Below are positions 26,291-41,017 of a stretch of DNA of 64,000 bases, in pieces. Numbering within the stretch: the first letter of the stretch is position 1; every line of letters starts with the position of its first letter. Source of the stretch: Octopus sinensis (Eukaryota); contig NC_043013.1 in the NCBI RefSeq assembly GCF_006345805.1, positions 22,940,001 through 23,004,000 on the forward strand, read 5' to 3'. The notes under the pieces were generated by a model. That model was not told where the DNA came from and did not search any database. It worked only from the letters and a program-made list of their open reading frames with translations. The position numbers and the translations under genes are program-made.

Positions 26291-28019
26291 ATTATTATTA
26301 TTGTTGTTGCTGTTATTGTTGTTGTTGTTGTTATTCTTGGGAAGGCACGTGGTATTTCTATCCGATACCGCAGACAATTTACAGTAGAAGCCAGAATCTA
26401 CCAGAGTTTGGCGAGTAAATGAAGCCTGATTGTTTGACGTGCTAAATATAGCAGCTATATATACTTCAAATCCTGTGTTATCGTCACAGTAAAAGTAGGA
26501 TACATTCGACCATGTAATCTATGATATAAAAATAAAACTTGAGAGCCATGGTTGGAAAACCCGGATCATAAATTTGTTCAGACAAAACAAGTCTGATGCT
26601 ATACTACAACAACGATATATAGCCGAACTGTCAGTGACCACAGCCATAAACATAAACGCTACTATAAGACATTATTTGAATCTTGTAATCGATTTTTTTT
26701 CTTTCTCTAAATCAAATAAAAATATTTGATTCATTTTCTAAGGATAGCAGAGTCTGGTGCCAAAAAGAAAACAATTACATTTTACCTAAGAAACATGATA
26801 CTTATGACAAATCTCTCAGCTCTTATTTGACTGTGTTCGACGTTAGAGTACAGTGAGGCCTTCTTAGGCTTAGATATTATTACAAAATATGTATTTACAT
26901 CTTTTCCAAGACATTTATTGTTTGTTTTACAATTTACTGTGTTTGATAAAATAATTTATAATAAAAGCTTCACAACAAACAAACAAAAAGAGAAAATAAA
27001 CGAGGAATTATGTTCCAATCTAAAAGTTTGATTACTCGTATTTCTCCAAATAACTTACAAGTTCTTCAGTCTATTCTTTACATTAAAACGAAACAAAACA
27101 AATATATGTGAAGTCTCCTTGTAGTGCAGACCAGTAAGTTTTATTGTTTATTAAGAAGCAGAAAATATTTTTTCATTGTAAATTCAGAACAAAAATACAT
27201 CACACTTTTAATAACGTCTGACGGCTTAGTATAACTTGATACGATGAGATGTGATTGGCTGGATTTTACTTAAAGATTTTTCCCTTAGATCCAGCTTATC
27301 GTTTTCTCACTGTGATGCTAAAAATTAGCAAGAAACTGTAAATTTTGGCAGGCAAAAATGACATGGGAAAACCAGCGAGGATGCTGTTACGTCATCACTC
27401 AATCTGCCAGAAATAGCCGGCAATTCTCCCTCACGCCCTTATCACACCCTTAACGACGTGAGAAATTGAATAATGTGATTCTGGGTTCTCTGTATATAGG
27501 AAAAAGAGCAAACATGAACAAAGGTTTTCCAACCATAGCCATCTCGTCTTTTTCTTCAGATTCTTTATACCTAAATTTACACCATCCAATGTTTTCCCAC
27601 TTTGAAAAGAGTTAACTGTGATTGGAACAGATTTGACAACCACTTCTAGAAGGTCTAGAAGCTTCTGCACTATTTTTGCTGCTATTGTTCAGCCCCAGGT
27701 CAACCGTACGATCAAAATTTTCCAGACATGACCATCCAGCAATAACGTAGTCATTCTACAAATAACGACAAATTAGTATGTCTAGTCTGCATTAGTCTGT
27801 ATATCGTTGTATTATTTTCTTTACCCATTAGGCTGAAAAGGAGCTGTATTCACGATGCCTGGAGGCCTTACCAGGCCCTGGTGATACGCCTGACACTCGC
27901 TATGACTATTAATAGATCAATGCCAGCAACACCAAACATTTCAACTGAGACAGACCAGGGATCTGCACCTAATGCTTGTCTTGCCATGTCTCTTCTCATC
28001 TACTTTGCTTAGGGTCAGG

Positions 28020-28400
28020 GACCATAGACGCATGCGTCATCTCTCTCCATTAATTCCTGGTTCTCACCATGATTGTGCATTCGGCTAGAGGCTCTCCAGT
28101 CCATTCTTTGATGTCGTCCCACCTTCTTCTTGTCCGGTTCTTCCCATTGACTTTTTCCTCTACAATGTGGATACTGAAGTTCTCATCCTGTTGATATGCT
28201 CCAAATAACTGTTGTTTTTTTTTTTTCTTTCTATCAGCTGCCAAAACTCTTTCTATTCCCATTTCCTCAAGTGCTGATTCGTTTGATGGTCAGTCCAACT
28301 AATTCTTGCTTCTTTTGTAGTATTGTGATTCAAATGTCTTGAGTTTAGCAGTGTCTATTGTTTAGGTCTGGCTGTCACATTCATTCAGTGCAACAGACTG
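28020..28400 (-). mobile_element. RTE-clade LINE 3' fragment
   Basis: VEEKVNGKNRTRRRWDDIKEWTG matches the RTE G.R.RGR..RW.D.I terminus. Confidence 0.6.
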
Positions 28401-28807
28401 AAACAGCCTGATAGCTTGTAAATGTTTTATTCGAATCAGGTTAAATCTCCGTTGACGATTTGACTCAACGAACAGGGAAATTTGTGGACAGTGTTTTTGC
28501 TTCTGTCATTTTTACGGCTTAGTCAGGGAAAGAAATTCAACTCCATGCAAGAAAATCAAGAAACATATTTCTATACATTGGTTGCTGCCATAGGAATTCT
28601 TTTAACAAAATGGAATCCGCTCAGAATACTTCAGAACCAGCTAGTGGTATTAAATCGGGTGATGGAATAGATCCTTTATCCAAACGTTTGGCCTAGCAAG
28701 CCAGAATTCTATTATATTGTTTATAAGAATGATGGTGGCCTGTGCAAAATGGTCAACGGAAATTTAATCTGATTCGAATAAAATATTTAAAAGCTATCAG
28801 GCTGTTT
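28401..28807. mobile_element. Foldback/MITE with ~56-bp imperfect terminal inverted repeats
   Basis: 28401-28456 versus the reverse complement of 28752-28807: 4 mismatches. Confidence 0.75.
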
Positions 28808-28900
28808 TAATCGCTGGTCTTCCGGAAAATTTCCTAGTTTACTTTTTAAATATTATTAACAGGTAAATGGAGCCGTTGACCTTGGTGGTTTAAAGTAAGA

Positions 28901-29015
28901 GAAGAAGAAGAAGAAGAAGAAGAAGAAGAAGAAGAAGAAGAAGAAGAAGAAGAAGAAGAAGAAGAAGAAGAAGAAGAAGAAGAAGAAGAAGAAGAAGAAG
29001 AAGAAGAAGAAGAAG
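28901..29015. repeat. (GAA)n microsatellite
   Basis: Directly visible. Confidence 0.97.
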
Positions 29016-29633
29016 ACGAGGCGGGGGAGGAGGAGATTACGGCTATAAATAAATATTAGGAAATCGCCTTTTGCACTGAGTTGTCTGTTGTATTCCTTGG
29101 ATTGGTTGGTTCTAAGAAATGTAATGAGGTTGTGAAACAGCTGTCTGAGTGCTGTACACTAATAAACTACTGGCAGAAGGAAGTGTGACTAAGGTGTGTT
29201 GGAGGCGTTCAGGGTTGTGCTGCGTTGTGCAAAGCCGTGGTACGGAGTGCCGGATTCAGCTAACCAACAAGAAACGTCGTAATAATATCCTATCAAACAA
29301 AGGCGCGGCAGCCGAAAGATCACACCTTTAATGTGGGGGATTCTATGAATTCTTTTTAGTTATTTAACAAGTATGATTAGCGATCAACAAGGAACTTTAT
29401 TATCGCCAAACCCAACGTCGTAAATACTATCTTATAACTAATGTGTTAGCGTCAGCCAGGCCTTGCAGTTTATGAGAAACACGTTCAGATAAACATGCCG
29501 ACAGAAGCAACTAACAGTCATCGACTTATAATAGATGAGCAGAGATAGACACACTCATCTTTCAAACCCTTCTGTCTATCTATCTATCTAATGTGTCTAT
29601 CTATTTACCTATGTATCAATCTATCAAGCTATC

Positions 29634-29957
<324 letters not shown>

Positions 29958-29990
29958 CCTATACACTTTATGCTAAATAAATTAAAGAAT

Positions 29991-30392
29991 AGGCGCAAGA
30001 GTGGCTGTGTGGTAAGTAGCTTCCTTACCAACCACATGGTTCAGGGTTCAGTCCCACTGCGTGGCACCTTGGACAAATGTCTTCTATTATAGCCTCGAGC
30101 CGACCAAAGCCATGCGGGTGGATTTATTAGATGGAAACTGAAAGATGCCCGTCGTATATATGTATATATATGTGTGTGTGTTAGTGTGAGTGTTTCTGTG
30201 TCCCCTCCCCCACCATCGCTTGACAACCGATTTTAGTGTGTTTACGTCCCCGTAACTTAGCGGTTCGGCAAAAGAGACCGATGGAATAAGTACTAGGCTT
30301 ACAAAGAATAAGTCGTGGGGTCGATTTGCTCGAGTAAAGGCGGTGCTCCAGCATGGCCTCAATCAACTGACTGAAACTAATAAAAGAATAAA
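29991..30392 (+). mobile_element. Full-length SINE family C (CORE-like)
   Basis: tRNA-like head, CCTTGGACAAAT (CORE-like), internal TA/TG tract, tail TAAAAGAATAAA; imperfect TSD AAATT(A/C)AAGAA. Confidence 0.85.
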
Positions 30393-30694
30393 TTCAAGAA
30401 CCCTATTTATGTCTTTGTTACTTTTTATTCAAATCCTCAAAATTCCAGTTGTCTTTGAATGACGAAAGAGAATCGTGAAAGACGCTTGTTCATTCTCGGT
30501 CTTCTTTACTTTCGGTCATAATTTAATGTCTCTCCAACGCCACCTGGAGCGCTACAGCATTTGTGTGATGCGAAAAAGATTCCATCAATATTGCACAAAT
30601 GGCGTTGGCATCAATTTTAAAATCTATCGAAGACTTGGCGCCCGTGCTATCCGCCTAGTACAAAAATCGAACTCAACACACATAACAACATTAC

Positions 30695-30760
<66 letters not shown>

Positions 30761-32094
30761 TTAGGGAGAAGTTAGGGAAAGAGAGAGATACACACACACA
30801 AGCGGAGAAGGAAGATGGGTGATTATATGTGTATTTCTTTATGGCTTGACTGGCTTCAGCCATTAGCGAGACACCACTACGGCACCAGGCTGATGCAATG
30901 CTTTCCTAAGACAACTGCCATTAATGTTGACACGAAGACAAAATAACGAGCAAGGCGAGATTTGAACTTAGAATGTAAAGAAATGTGACTAAGTCTCCCA
31001 TTGTAATATTTAGTCACGCTACATGTATGTATTTGTTCTCGTGTAATGTCTACTCGCTTCCTCGTTTGTTTGTTCGTCTCTGAGTTTATTTGCACGTAAT
31101 AATATCGTAATAATATTGTACTATGGACATTATTCACCAAGATGCTATTCTATTCAATAATCTTTGTTGAGGAATTGAGATTTCTGTCTCTAAACACAAG
31201 AAATGGCGTAGATAGAAGCAGACTTTTAATCCTATAGACATTATGAACAAACAGAGCCTCTGTGAGCTACTAAAGCCAGTCTTATACACTTAAAACATTC
31301 TATTCTATTTTCTTTACATATATCTATGTCACTAGTGTTATCTCTCGGATGTATTTAATGGTTGAACACTATGAAACCTAGATACAATAACAATGGCGAG
31401 ATGCTGCAAACGAATTCTATTCTTGTCTGTTTTGTAAAGATCTTAAAATGTCCATGGTTTTCACCATTTAAATCTACACTCTAAAGTGATATCACTCCGA
31501 GGAAAACCTTATACACATTGTCTATACGACTAAAAATATTTCTATAAAAGAGAACTCAGTATGTAAATACACCCACACACATCACTATGTATGTATGTAT
31601 GTATGTATGTATGTATGCATGTATGTATGTATGTATGTATGTATGTATGTATGTATGTATGTGTATATGTGTGTGTATGTTTGTGAAGGCATGTATGAAG
31701 TATGTATTCGAGCATGTATATTTGTATGTCTATGTAGGTAGTTATGTATGTATGTATATATGTATGTATGTTATGTATGTATGTATGTATGTATGTATGT
31801 ATGATGTATGTATGCATGTTTGTATGTATGTATGTATGTATGCAAATATGTGTGTTTAATAACGGGTTTATACAACTCTACATTACTTAAAGTTTCGACG
31901 GCAAAGATAAAAGTCCACAACCTCAGTCACGTGTCTATTCCTACGAAACTAATAAGTGTGGAGCTGTCAGATCCTGATTTTAAATACATCGAACTTTAAC
32001 TTCATATGTCGAGTACTATTTTCTTTGGTCTGTTCCCCTACTCTTATGCTCGCACGCACACACACACACACACACACCACACACACACACACAC

Positions 32095-32137
<43 letters not shown>

Positions 32138-32559
32138 ACACACACATTTACATACATATATTTTTTAAGTACAGTATATGGATTCATAGAATCGTGATTA
32201 TCACAGAAATCTCCTCGAGATGGACCTGACTATCAGATCGCACAGTCCAATACAGAGGAGCAAAGCGCAGAGTTCTATGCAACTGAAATCCATGAGATCC
32301 GATCGATGGGAATAAAACCAAAGACGTCAGGAGGTATGAGAGGTGAATATCTTTAGTTGAATCGTTGATGCAACTATGGTCTTCTGCTGATCTGATGAGC
32401 TAGCCTTCTGTGACTGCATTGAATTGTAAATATGCAATCGTTTGTACAGTTCGTGACATGCATATTGGTGCACACAAAGAAAATAAATTATTATACAGTG
32501 GAATTATTATTACAAGATGAAGGCTGCGAAACGGCTGTAATCCTAAGGATAACGAGTGG

Positions 32560-32615
<56 letters not shown>

Positions 32616-32857
32616 CGAGTGGTTATATATATATATATTATATATATATATAACGAGTGGTTATATATATATGACATCTACAAGTTTTGTTCATTGACTC
32701 TGTTTACTTTGTCTTATTTGTTTCTGTTGAGAGCCTAGATTCGAAATGTAAAAGACATTTTCATTTTTTCCGAGCGTCAAACTTATACACTTCCTTGTTG
32801 TTTATACACCTGTCTTCATCTTTAGTTTTTCTATAAATTTCAACAATCTATCTATCT

Positions 32858-32930
<73 letters not shown>

Positions 32931-33599
32931 GCTCATTATGTGTGTATCCGGGTGGGGGAGGAGTGTGCGTCCGTCTGCATGATCGAATGTATGTCGCTAA
33001 TTTCGTTTTGGAATAACAATCACTAAAACTACTAACTTGTATAACCGTCTTACCGAAATTATGTTTACTAAATTTCTGTTTATATTTCGTCACACCGATG
33101 CATTAACATTCTACTAAAACTGTGTTGTCTGGCAGAAATCAATAATCATTTAATAATCGATATCCATCCGTACACATCTCAACTCATCTAGAAACGAGAT
33201 ATTTCTCATTGAAAGTCCTCCACAAGAAATTCAAAATTAAATTAATTGCTGCTACGACTGCAAGGTCTACGCCAATAGAAGAGAACGAAACGCAGGAATG
33301 CCAATTATATATATCACATGAAGTAGATACGCATATAATACCTTTAATCCGGGTCGTAATATTATATTTTGATGTCTAGAATCATGCGTCAGCCGAGAAG
33401 TGGGAGACTGAGTTTAATGACAGAGTATATATAGACATACGTGTGCTCGCACTTGTGTGTGTAAGTATGTATGTATGTATGTATGTATGTATGTATGTAT
33501 GTATCTATGTATGTATGCATGTACGTATGTATGTATGTATTATGTATAAATAGATAGATAAGACAGATAGACAGACAAATACATAGATAGATAGATAGG

Positions 33600-33642
<43 letters not shown>

Positions 33643-33708
33643 GCAGACAGACAAGCAAATAGACAGATAGACAGTTAGACAGGCTGACAGATAGATAGAC
33701 AGACAGAC

Positions 33709-33745
<37 letters not shown>

Positions 33746-34927
33746 CACAGACACACAGACAGACACACAGACAGACAGATAGATAGATTCGTGAATCACC
33801 TGCACAGCAGAATGATGCGAACTTAATTTTGCCATTGATTGTCATATTATAATGTGAGAAAATACGTGTTCCGACAGTTTTTTTGGGGGTGGGGGTTGCA
33901 ATAACAACGTAAAACAAAACCACGCAGTAAACTTTGTGCATGAAAGTAATTTCAAAACAAACTCAGTAGGAAATCTGTGCATAAAAAAACATTTGATGAG
34001 AGATAGGGCAGAAAAAATAAGAATTATAATAATGTAATAGAATACCTTTTTACGTAAAAAAAAAGATGTGGACTACCGCATGAGGGGTGGTGGTGGTGGT
34101 GGTGGTGCTGGTGCTGGTGGTGATAGTGGTTGAGTGAGAGATAGTAGCAAGATGAGGGACACCATTTTCTGCCTTATTGTTCATCAACCTCTGTTTCAAG
34201 GGAGAAGAACTTGACCAAAAATTGCTTGGTGCTTATGGCGCATCATCTTTGACTGGGGAATCGTGGCTCACTTTGATTAGGCGATAGTTAAGTAAAAGTT
34301 GATTTAAGAAGTATACCATATCATGCTCGACGAAATCAGGAAGGAGTTTTGAGAGATGGATATCTTCAATTCACAATCAGTGATGATAGAACGGAGGAGA
34401 GTAACGGAGTAGCTGGGGAGGTGGAGGAGATTTAAAGGAATAAAATGGGAGAATGAAACTTTGAACCAGAATGATAAAAAAAATGTGTTGGTAACGTCCA
34501 TGTAAAACAAGTGAGTTACAGGAAGAGTCGATTCTACGAAATGGCAGAAACTGCCTTAAGGGAAAAAGTCGAAATATAAAGTAACTTGCACAACAAAGAT
34601 GGCTGATTCATACGCACATTTGCCTTCCAGCTTTACATATACATAAATATACGAGCTGTCCATAAACTCCTTTTACAATATCAAGTTTAAAAAGTATGAA
34701 ATTTGTAAAAAAATAATTTATGGACTCGCTGTGTATCGCCCATAAAGTCAGTCCACACAAACCAACTTTCGGCATGCACATCTAAACCACACTGAACCAC
34801 ACTCACACACATACATCCGTCCGCCTATATAAACGCACACCCATATATATATATACACACACACACAAATGCACACATAATTACATTATATGTGCATTTG
34901 TGTGTGTGTGTGTATATATATACATAC

Positions 34928-34976
<49 letters not shown>

Positions 34977-35491
34977 AATGCACACATAATTCAATTATAT
35001 ATTCTCTTTTCAATGCATTCACTTCAATATTCACCAAAAATACGTTCATGCACACGAAATACACACGAGTTTTATTTAGGGATACTCGCTTCTGAGCAGA
35101 GATATGCTGGCGGGCTGGCAGGCGGGTGAGTGGGCATTGTTCTCTTTCAAAGCGAAACACATACTTGCAAATAATTTATGCAGACACACTCATGCACAGA
35201 CACGCATAAACGCACACACACACACACACACACACCACACACACACACACATACACACATATATATATATGCGTGTGTGAGTGTGTGTATATGTGTGTAT
35301 ACATACATATACGTACACACACACATACATAAATACATATATACGTATACGTACATATACAAAAATAATTATTCAGATATATTATGTGTATGCATGTGCG
35401 CTTGTAAATATGTGTGTGTATGTGTGTGTATGCAAGTATACATTCATATACGCCAGTCAGACCCTTAACCATGCCTCCATACAATACACAC

Positions 35492-35522
<31 letters not shown>

Positions 35523-36024
35523 GCACACACACACTCCGTCATGCTTGTCGCCTTTCTTCTTCTTCCCCCTCATTCTATATCAGAATTATTTCAAAGATTT
35601 AGTGAAAAAAAAAACAGAACATTATTTATCACTAAACTTCAGAGAGAGACAATCCTGGCAGGAATGAAATTCTCAAACCAACGCTAAAATGGAATCGCTG
35701 TTCTGAAGATTAAAACCTCAAAAACAAGCATTCTGAATATAATTTCCTCCAAAATGTGCAACTATGTAATCTCTCGCAGACATTTCTACCGTTTCTTCTC
35801 ATTCTTATTCATTTTGTTTCGCTATACTGCGTTTTTTTTTTTTGGAGCGGGGAGCTGGTTTTTTTCACCAATTCTAAATGACTTCTGCTTCCGTTTATCA
35901 CAAGAATAGTAATTCTTTCTACAAAAGACCTTTCGGGGTCGATAAAGTAAGTGTTTCGCCCAGCGTGCAAAAGAGTCTGCCAGTTCACTGCCTTATATTG
36001 GTCTTAATATTCTTGTCATGAGAA

Positions 36025-36240
36025 AGGCGACGAGCTGGCAGAATCGTTAGCACGCCGGACAAAATGCTTAACGGCATTTCGTCTGTCTTTATGTTCTGAG
36101 TTCAAATTCCGTCGAGGTCAACTTTGCCTTTCATCCTTTCGAGATCGATAAAATAAGTACCAGTTGAATACTGGTGTCGATGCAATTGACTTATGCCCTC
36201 CACCGAAATTGCTGGCCTTGTACTAAAATTTGAAACCATT
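36025..36240 (+). mobile_element. SINE family A monomer
   Basis: Complete head, B-box, core and CCGAAATTGCTGGCCTTG tail. Confidence 0.85.
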
Positions 36241-36940
36241 ATTACCGCTACTAATTATTAATTAACAGAACAAAAATGGCCAAGAATATCCCTACTCTTT
36301 AGACTAGAGTAATACGAATGACTTTTGCATCTTCTTCCGAGTTGTGAGATTGATACGGCAAATGCTCAGCTCGAGAAGAGACACAATTCTTCGCTTTGGC
36401 ATTCTGAACAAGAACCAATAATCATGAAGTAGAAAGAGAAAATAATGGCTTCTAATTTTGGCACAAGGACAGTGATTTTGAGGGGAGGGGAAAACGATTG
36501 AAAGGATGAAAGGCGAGGTCGCCTTCAGCGGGATTTGAACTCAGAACTTTTAAAGAACAGGAAGAAGTGCTGCAAAGCATTTTCTCTGTCTCTAAAACGA
36601 TTCTGCCAGTTTCTATCATTAAATGTCAAACCATTCTCAGATTCATAATAAGGGGTTTCATAAAAACAAAAGGAGAATCAGGAAAAGGATATTGCAACGT
36701 GAAGGTTTAATCTTTACTTTCTTCCGACATCTTTTTTTTTTCAAAGCAGTATAGGGAGTCAGATTCGAAACCCTTTCAGTTTGGTGGGAACCAATCAGTT
36801 AGTTCTTGTACGCAAAACGATTCATAGAAATCTTGTAGATTATAATCCGCTCTATGTTTTGTATTGATGTGTCGGTAAGAACACCGAGATTAAAACCTTT
36901 TATGTGGCTTTTGATAGAGTTTTAAATAAATTCTAAATGA

Positions 36941-37360
36941 AGGCGGCGAGCTGGCAGAAACGTTAGCACGCCGGGCGAAATGCGTAGCCGTATTTCGTCT
37001 GCTGTTACGTTCTGAGTTCAAATTCCGCCGAAGTCGACTTTGCCTTTCATCCTTTCGGGGTCGATTAAATAAGTACCAGTTACGCACTGGCGTCGATATA
37101 ATCGACTTAATCCGTTTGTCTGTCCTTGTTCGTCCCCGTCTGTGTTTGGCTCTTTGTGGGTAGTAAAGAAATAGGTATTTCGACTGTACTTGTTCGTCCC
37201 CTCTGTGTTTGGCTCTTGTGGGTAGTAAAGAAATAGGTATTTCGACTGCCGCTACGTTCTGAGTCGATAAATTAAGTACCAGTGGCATCCTGGGAGTCGA
37301 CAAATTGACTGGCCCCCTCCCCAAAAATTTCGAACCTCGTGCCTAGTGTAGAAAAGAATA
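36941..37360 (+). mobile_element. SINE family A multimer with internal deletions
   Basis: Head plus one full unit and two partial units joined at GAAATAGGTATTTCG. Confidence 0.85.
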
Positions 37361-37974
37361 CTTTACTAAATGTCATATTGAAGCATAATATAATACAACT
37401 GCTAAATTCCAGAACATTGAGCTTAACAAATACACAGATTAACAAATATACAGATAAGCACCAATGATCTTCGTAGCATACAAACGAAGTTGGATTGAAA
37501 GGCAGTATTGTTGCAGTATTCGTACCTTTCAGAAGAATATTGTTGAAAACGTGTAATTTTTAATTTCTCAAGCAGTGAAATATTAGTATATTAATTGTAC
37601 CAGTATTTCTAGTAATTTATAGGTTTTCATGAAAGCAATTGAAATTTAAGTGGAATTTAACCGACTTTCGAAACCTAATTATCGAAACCAGAAAGTTAAA
37701 GACATCAATCAAGATTCGTCACTTGAGGGGGGAAAATGATTATATTTATTGCAGTGATGTGGACAAAGAGGACTTCTGCTAATAGAAAACTAATCAACTC
37801 AACAGAAATTGATTATCAACAAAAATGAATTAATATGATTAGTAGAGTTAATTTCCTCGTCTGGAGGTCATCTCCTGACCAACCGACTGCGTCACAAAAC
37901 TTCTTTTAATCTGGTTCTTTCGTTTTCTATCTTTCTTTACTTTCTTTAGATGCTGAGCCCAGAATATAGGACAC

Positions 37975-38430
37975 AGGCGATTATGTCCTGCCACAATTCT
38001 CTCTAGTCTCTGCCAAAATTCTCTTTTCTGTTTTCTGTATCAATTCCTCTTCCTGATGTTTAATGCGTCTTTTTTTCCAGCCAATTCGTTACGGTTGACA
38101 TCCATCTCATCGTTCTCTTTCCTCTGTTTCTTTTCCATTCATTCTTTCCGCTCATCGGTAAATTCTCCAGGTCCTCTTTCCTCATCACATGACCAAGAAA
38201 TCTCAGTTGCTTGGCCCTTATCTCACGAAGCAGTTTCCTATTTATCACAGCCCGGAGTCGTCAATCCTTCATTAGACACTTTGTCCATGCTATCCTCGAT
38301 GTCCTCCTTAAGAACCACATTCCACCACTCTCCAAGCACCTTCTCGTTTCAGTTACGAAACCAAGCCTCACTTCCATATCGATAGTTCCTTGAAGAAAAG
38401 CATGATATTCCATCTTCACCGCTTTTATGG
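37975..38430 (-). mobile_element. RTE-clade LINE 3' fragment
   Basis: IRAKQLRFLGHVMRKEDLENL..GK.E.KRNRGK..MRW. Confidence 0.75.
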
Positions 38431-38983
38431 AACTTATGGTTAAGAGCCAACGAGAGAGTCTCTACGGGATTCATGGGGGTATTAGAGATAGCAGTCAAAT
38501 CCCTCTCAAATGATTATCAAAAAAATAAGTCGGTAGATCATCTTTGGAGTAGCACAACCGTTTCGCTGATGACGAGTAACTGCACAACCAGGAATACGTC
38601 TTGAGTTGTCTCCCGTAGTTGCTGCAATGATTGCAGTTATTATATGATTAATCAATGAGTTTGCGTTGTATACTCCGTACCACGAACGTATTTCTGATTG
38701 GATAATTACTGCTCACCATATCAAGCATGTTAACACGAGCGTACTTGATATTCGAGCGCGCACACACACACACACATACACACACACACACACACCACAC
38801 ACACACACACTCACACACATACATACACACACACACACACACAGTCGCACGCACGCACACACACACACACACAACTCGCACACACACACTCGCACACACA
38901 CACTCGCACACACACACTCGCACACCACACTCGCACACACACACAGTCGCACGCACACCCACACAGAAGATAATGTATATACA

Positions 38984-39163
38984 TAGGCGCAGGCATGGGT
39001 GTTCGGTTCCGCGGTTCGCTTCGTGCACAAGTCATTGCAGAATCACTTCCAGAGCTCTGTCCCTCGGGCAAGGGACTTCTACCACAACCCCGCCCACCAA
39101 CCCACCGGGCCGAGCAATGCTCATTGAACGAATTTATTACACTGAAACTCCGTAGGAGCCCGT

Positions 39164-39199
<36 letters not shown>

Positions 39200-39445
39200 T
39201 GTGTGTGTGTGTGCGTGTGTGTGCGAGTGTGTGTGTATGTAAGTATACGTGTGCTTGTGTGTGTGTGTGTGTGCCTGTCTTTATGCTTGTCTCCTCATCC
39301 TTTGACAACCGATGTTAGTTTGTTTATGTCCCAATGATTTAACGGTACGCAAAAGACACATATAATAATTAGAAGACTTAAAACCAAAAACTAATAGAAT
39401 TGATTTGTTCGATGAATTCCTTGAATGTGGTGCTCCAGTCTAACG
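38984..39445 (+). mobile_element. Diverged SINE family C copy
   Basis: AGGCGCAGGCATGG head, CTCGGGCAAG, GAGCCCGT-(TG)n-TTGACAACCGATG. Confidence 0.6.
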
Positions 39446-39883
39446 ATTGTTATACTCTTTATTAACAGCCTCCATCTTCCGCTTTCGGGAATCACGTGAC
39501 ACGATATGTTCACGTGACAAGAGGTTTTTAGTTGTTCTGTTAAATTCTCTAAATCTCAAACATTTTCACAGCAAAAGCGAACTCTGCGAGCTGCAGATTC
39601 TTACAAATATAATGTAAGGTTTTGCAAAATGCAGATTCATGTCGGAAAGAAAAAAAAACACGTTTTTTTGGTGATTTTCATTTTCTTTAGACACAAATCG
39701 GATTCAGAAAAACAGAGAAGGCAACAGTTTTATGTTTTTCTAATCGTCTAAATTTTGTGTTTTCTTTTTGCTGCATGTATACATATATGTGAGTGTGTTT
39801 GCATGTACTGGATGAATATAGACACACACACACACACACATGCTATGTATATGCATATGTATGCATACGTACAATATACTTGC

Positions 39884-39984
<101 letters not shown>

Positions 39985-40055
39985 AACAAAGACAGACAGA
40001 CAGATAGCTAGATAGATAAATAGATAAATAGATAGATAGATAGATAGATAGATAG

Positions 40056-40116
<61 letters not shown>

Positions 40117-41017
40117 GTATTTGTGTGTGTATGTATATATATATATGCGTGTATATATATCTATATATATATGTATATTTACGTGTGTGCGTATACACGT
40201 ACACACACATACATGCGCGATTATACACACACTTTTTCATTCTATTCAACTTCTTGTGTGTCACGAAATCAAAAACAGTCAAGAAACACTGCTTTAAGGC
40301 GTCACGACAATGGGTATGTTTATTCTTTTTTAAATATTTATTCAATTTATTCTTTTATCTTCTATGTTCACTTCGTTATTGATTATTCCGATCTATCGAC
40401 ATCGTCCTCCAGTTTTCGCATTAACAGATATCCATGTTTGCTCGTCGTGTTTAATCTTAGCCGACCGATATGTCAGTTGCTAAAGACGGGTTCTTACAAA
40501 ATACTTTATACATGTATGATATGATACACTAAGCAAGCAACCGAGGAAACTCGTCGATGGTTACTCGATCTGTTAGAAATAGCAGTCAAATATCCTCAAA
40601 TCACAACCTACCATCTTAAAAATGAGTAAGGACATTGGAAAATTTAGACAGAAAAAAAAACAAGGCAGGAAAGTCAAGACGAAGTACTTTTGATCATAGA
40701 TCTGTCCAGACAGGAATGGTTTGGTTTCAAAGAACAACAGCAACTTATAACCAGTTACGTATATAAAGAAAGCGATCCATGTTGTTTGATATGTCATGTT
40801 TTCAACTAAAATTATAGAAGTGTACAAATGAATTGCTTACAATCATCGTAACTCACAGAATTTACTTATAAACCTTTAGATACGTTCGATTATATTGCAA
40901 TGAATTGAAACACTGTTAAAATGCCAGTAATTTAATGCTGGATCTTGCTGCATGGAAAAGAGTTGAGCAAGAATAGAGACTTTTCCAGTTTTCTTTAATT
41001 CCTAATATTGCTAATCT

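Noticed and set aside
32715-32765. Third hammerhead-like remnant (GAGAGCCTAGATTCGAAATGT)
   Set aside because: The CUGANGA box is not recognisable and the stems are too degenerate to call.
34200-34610. Possible old LINE 3' coding remnant
   Set aside because: No diagnostic motif that I could confirm.
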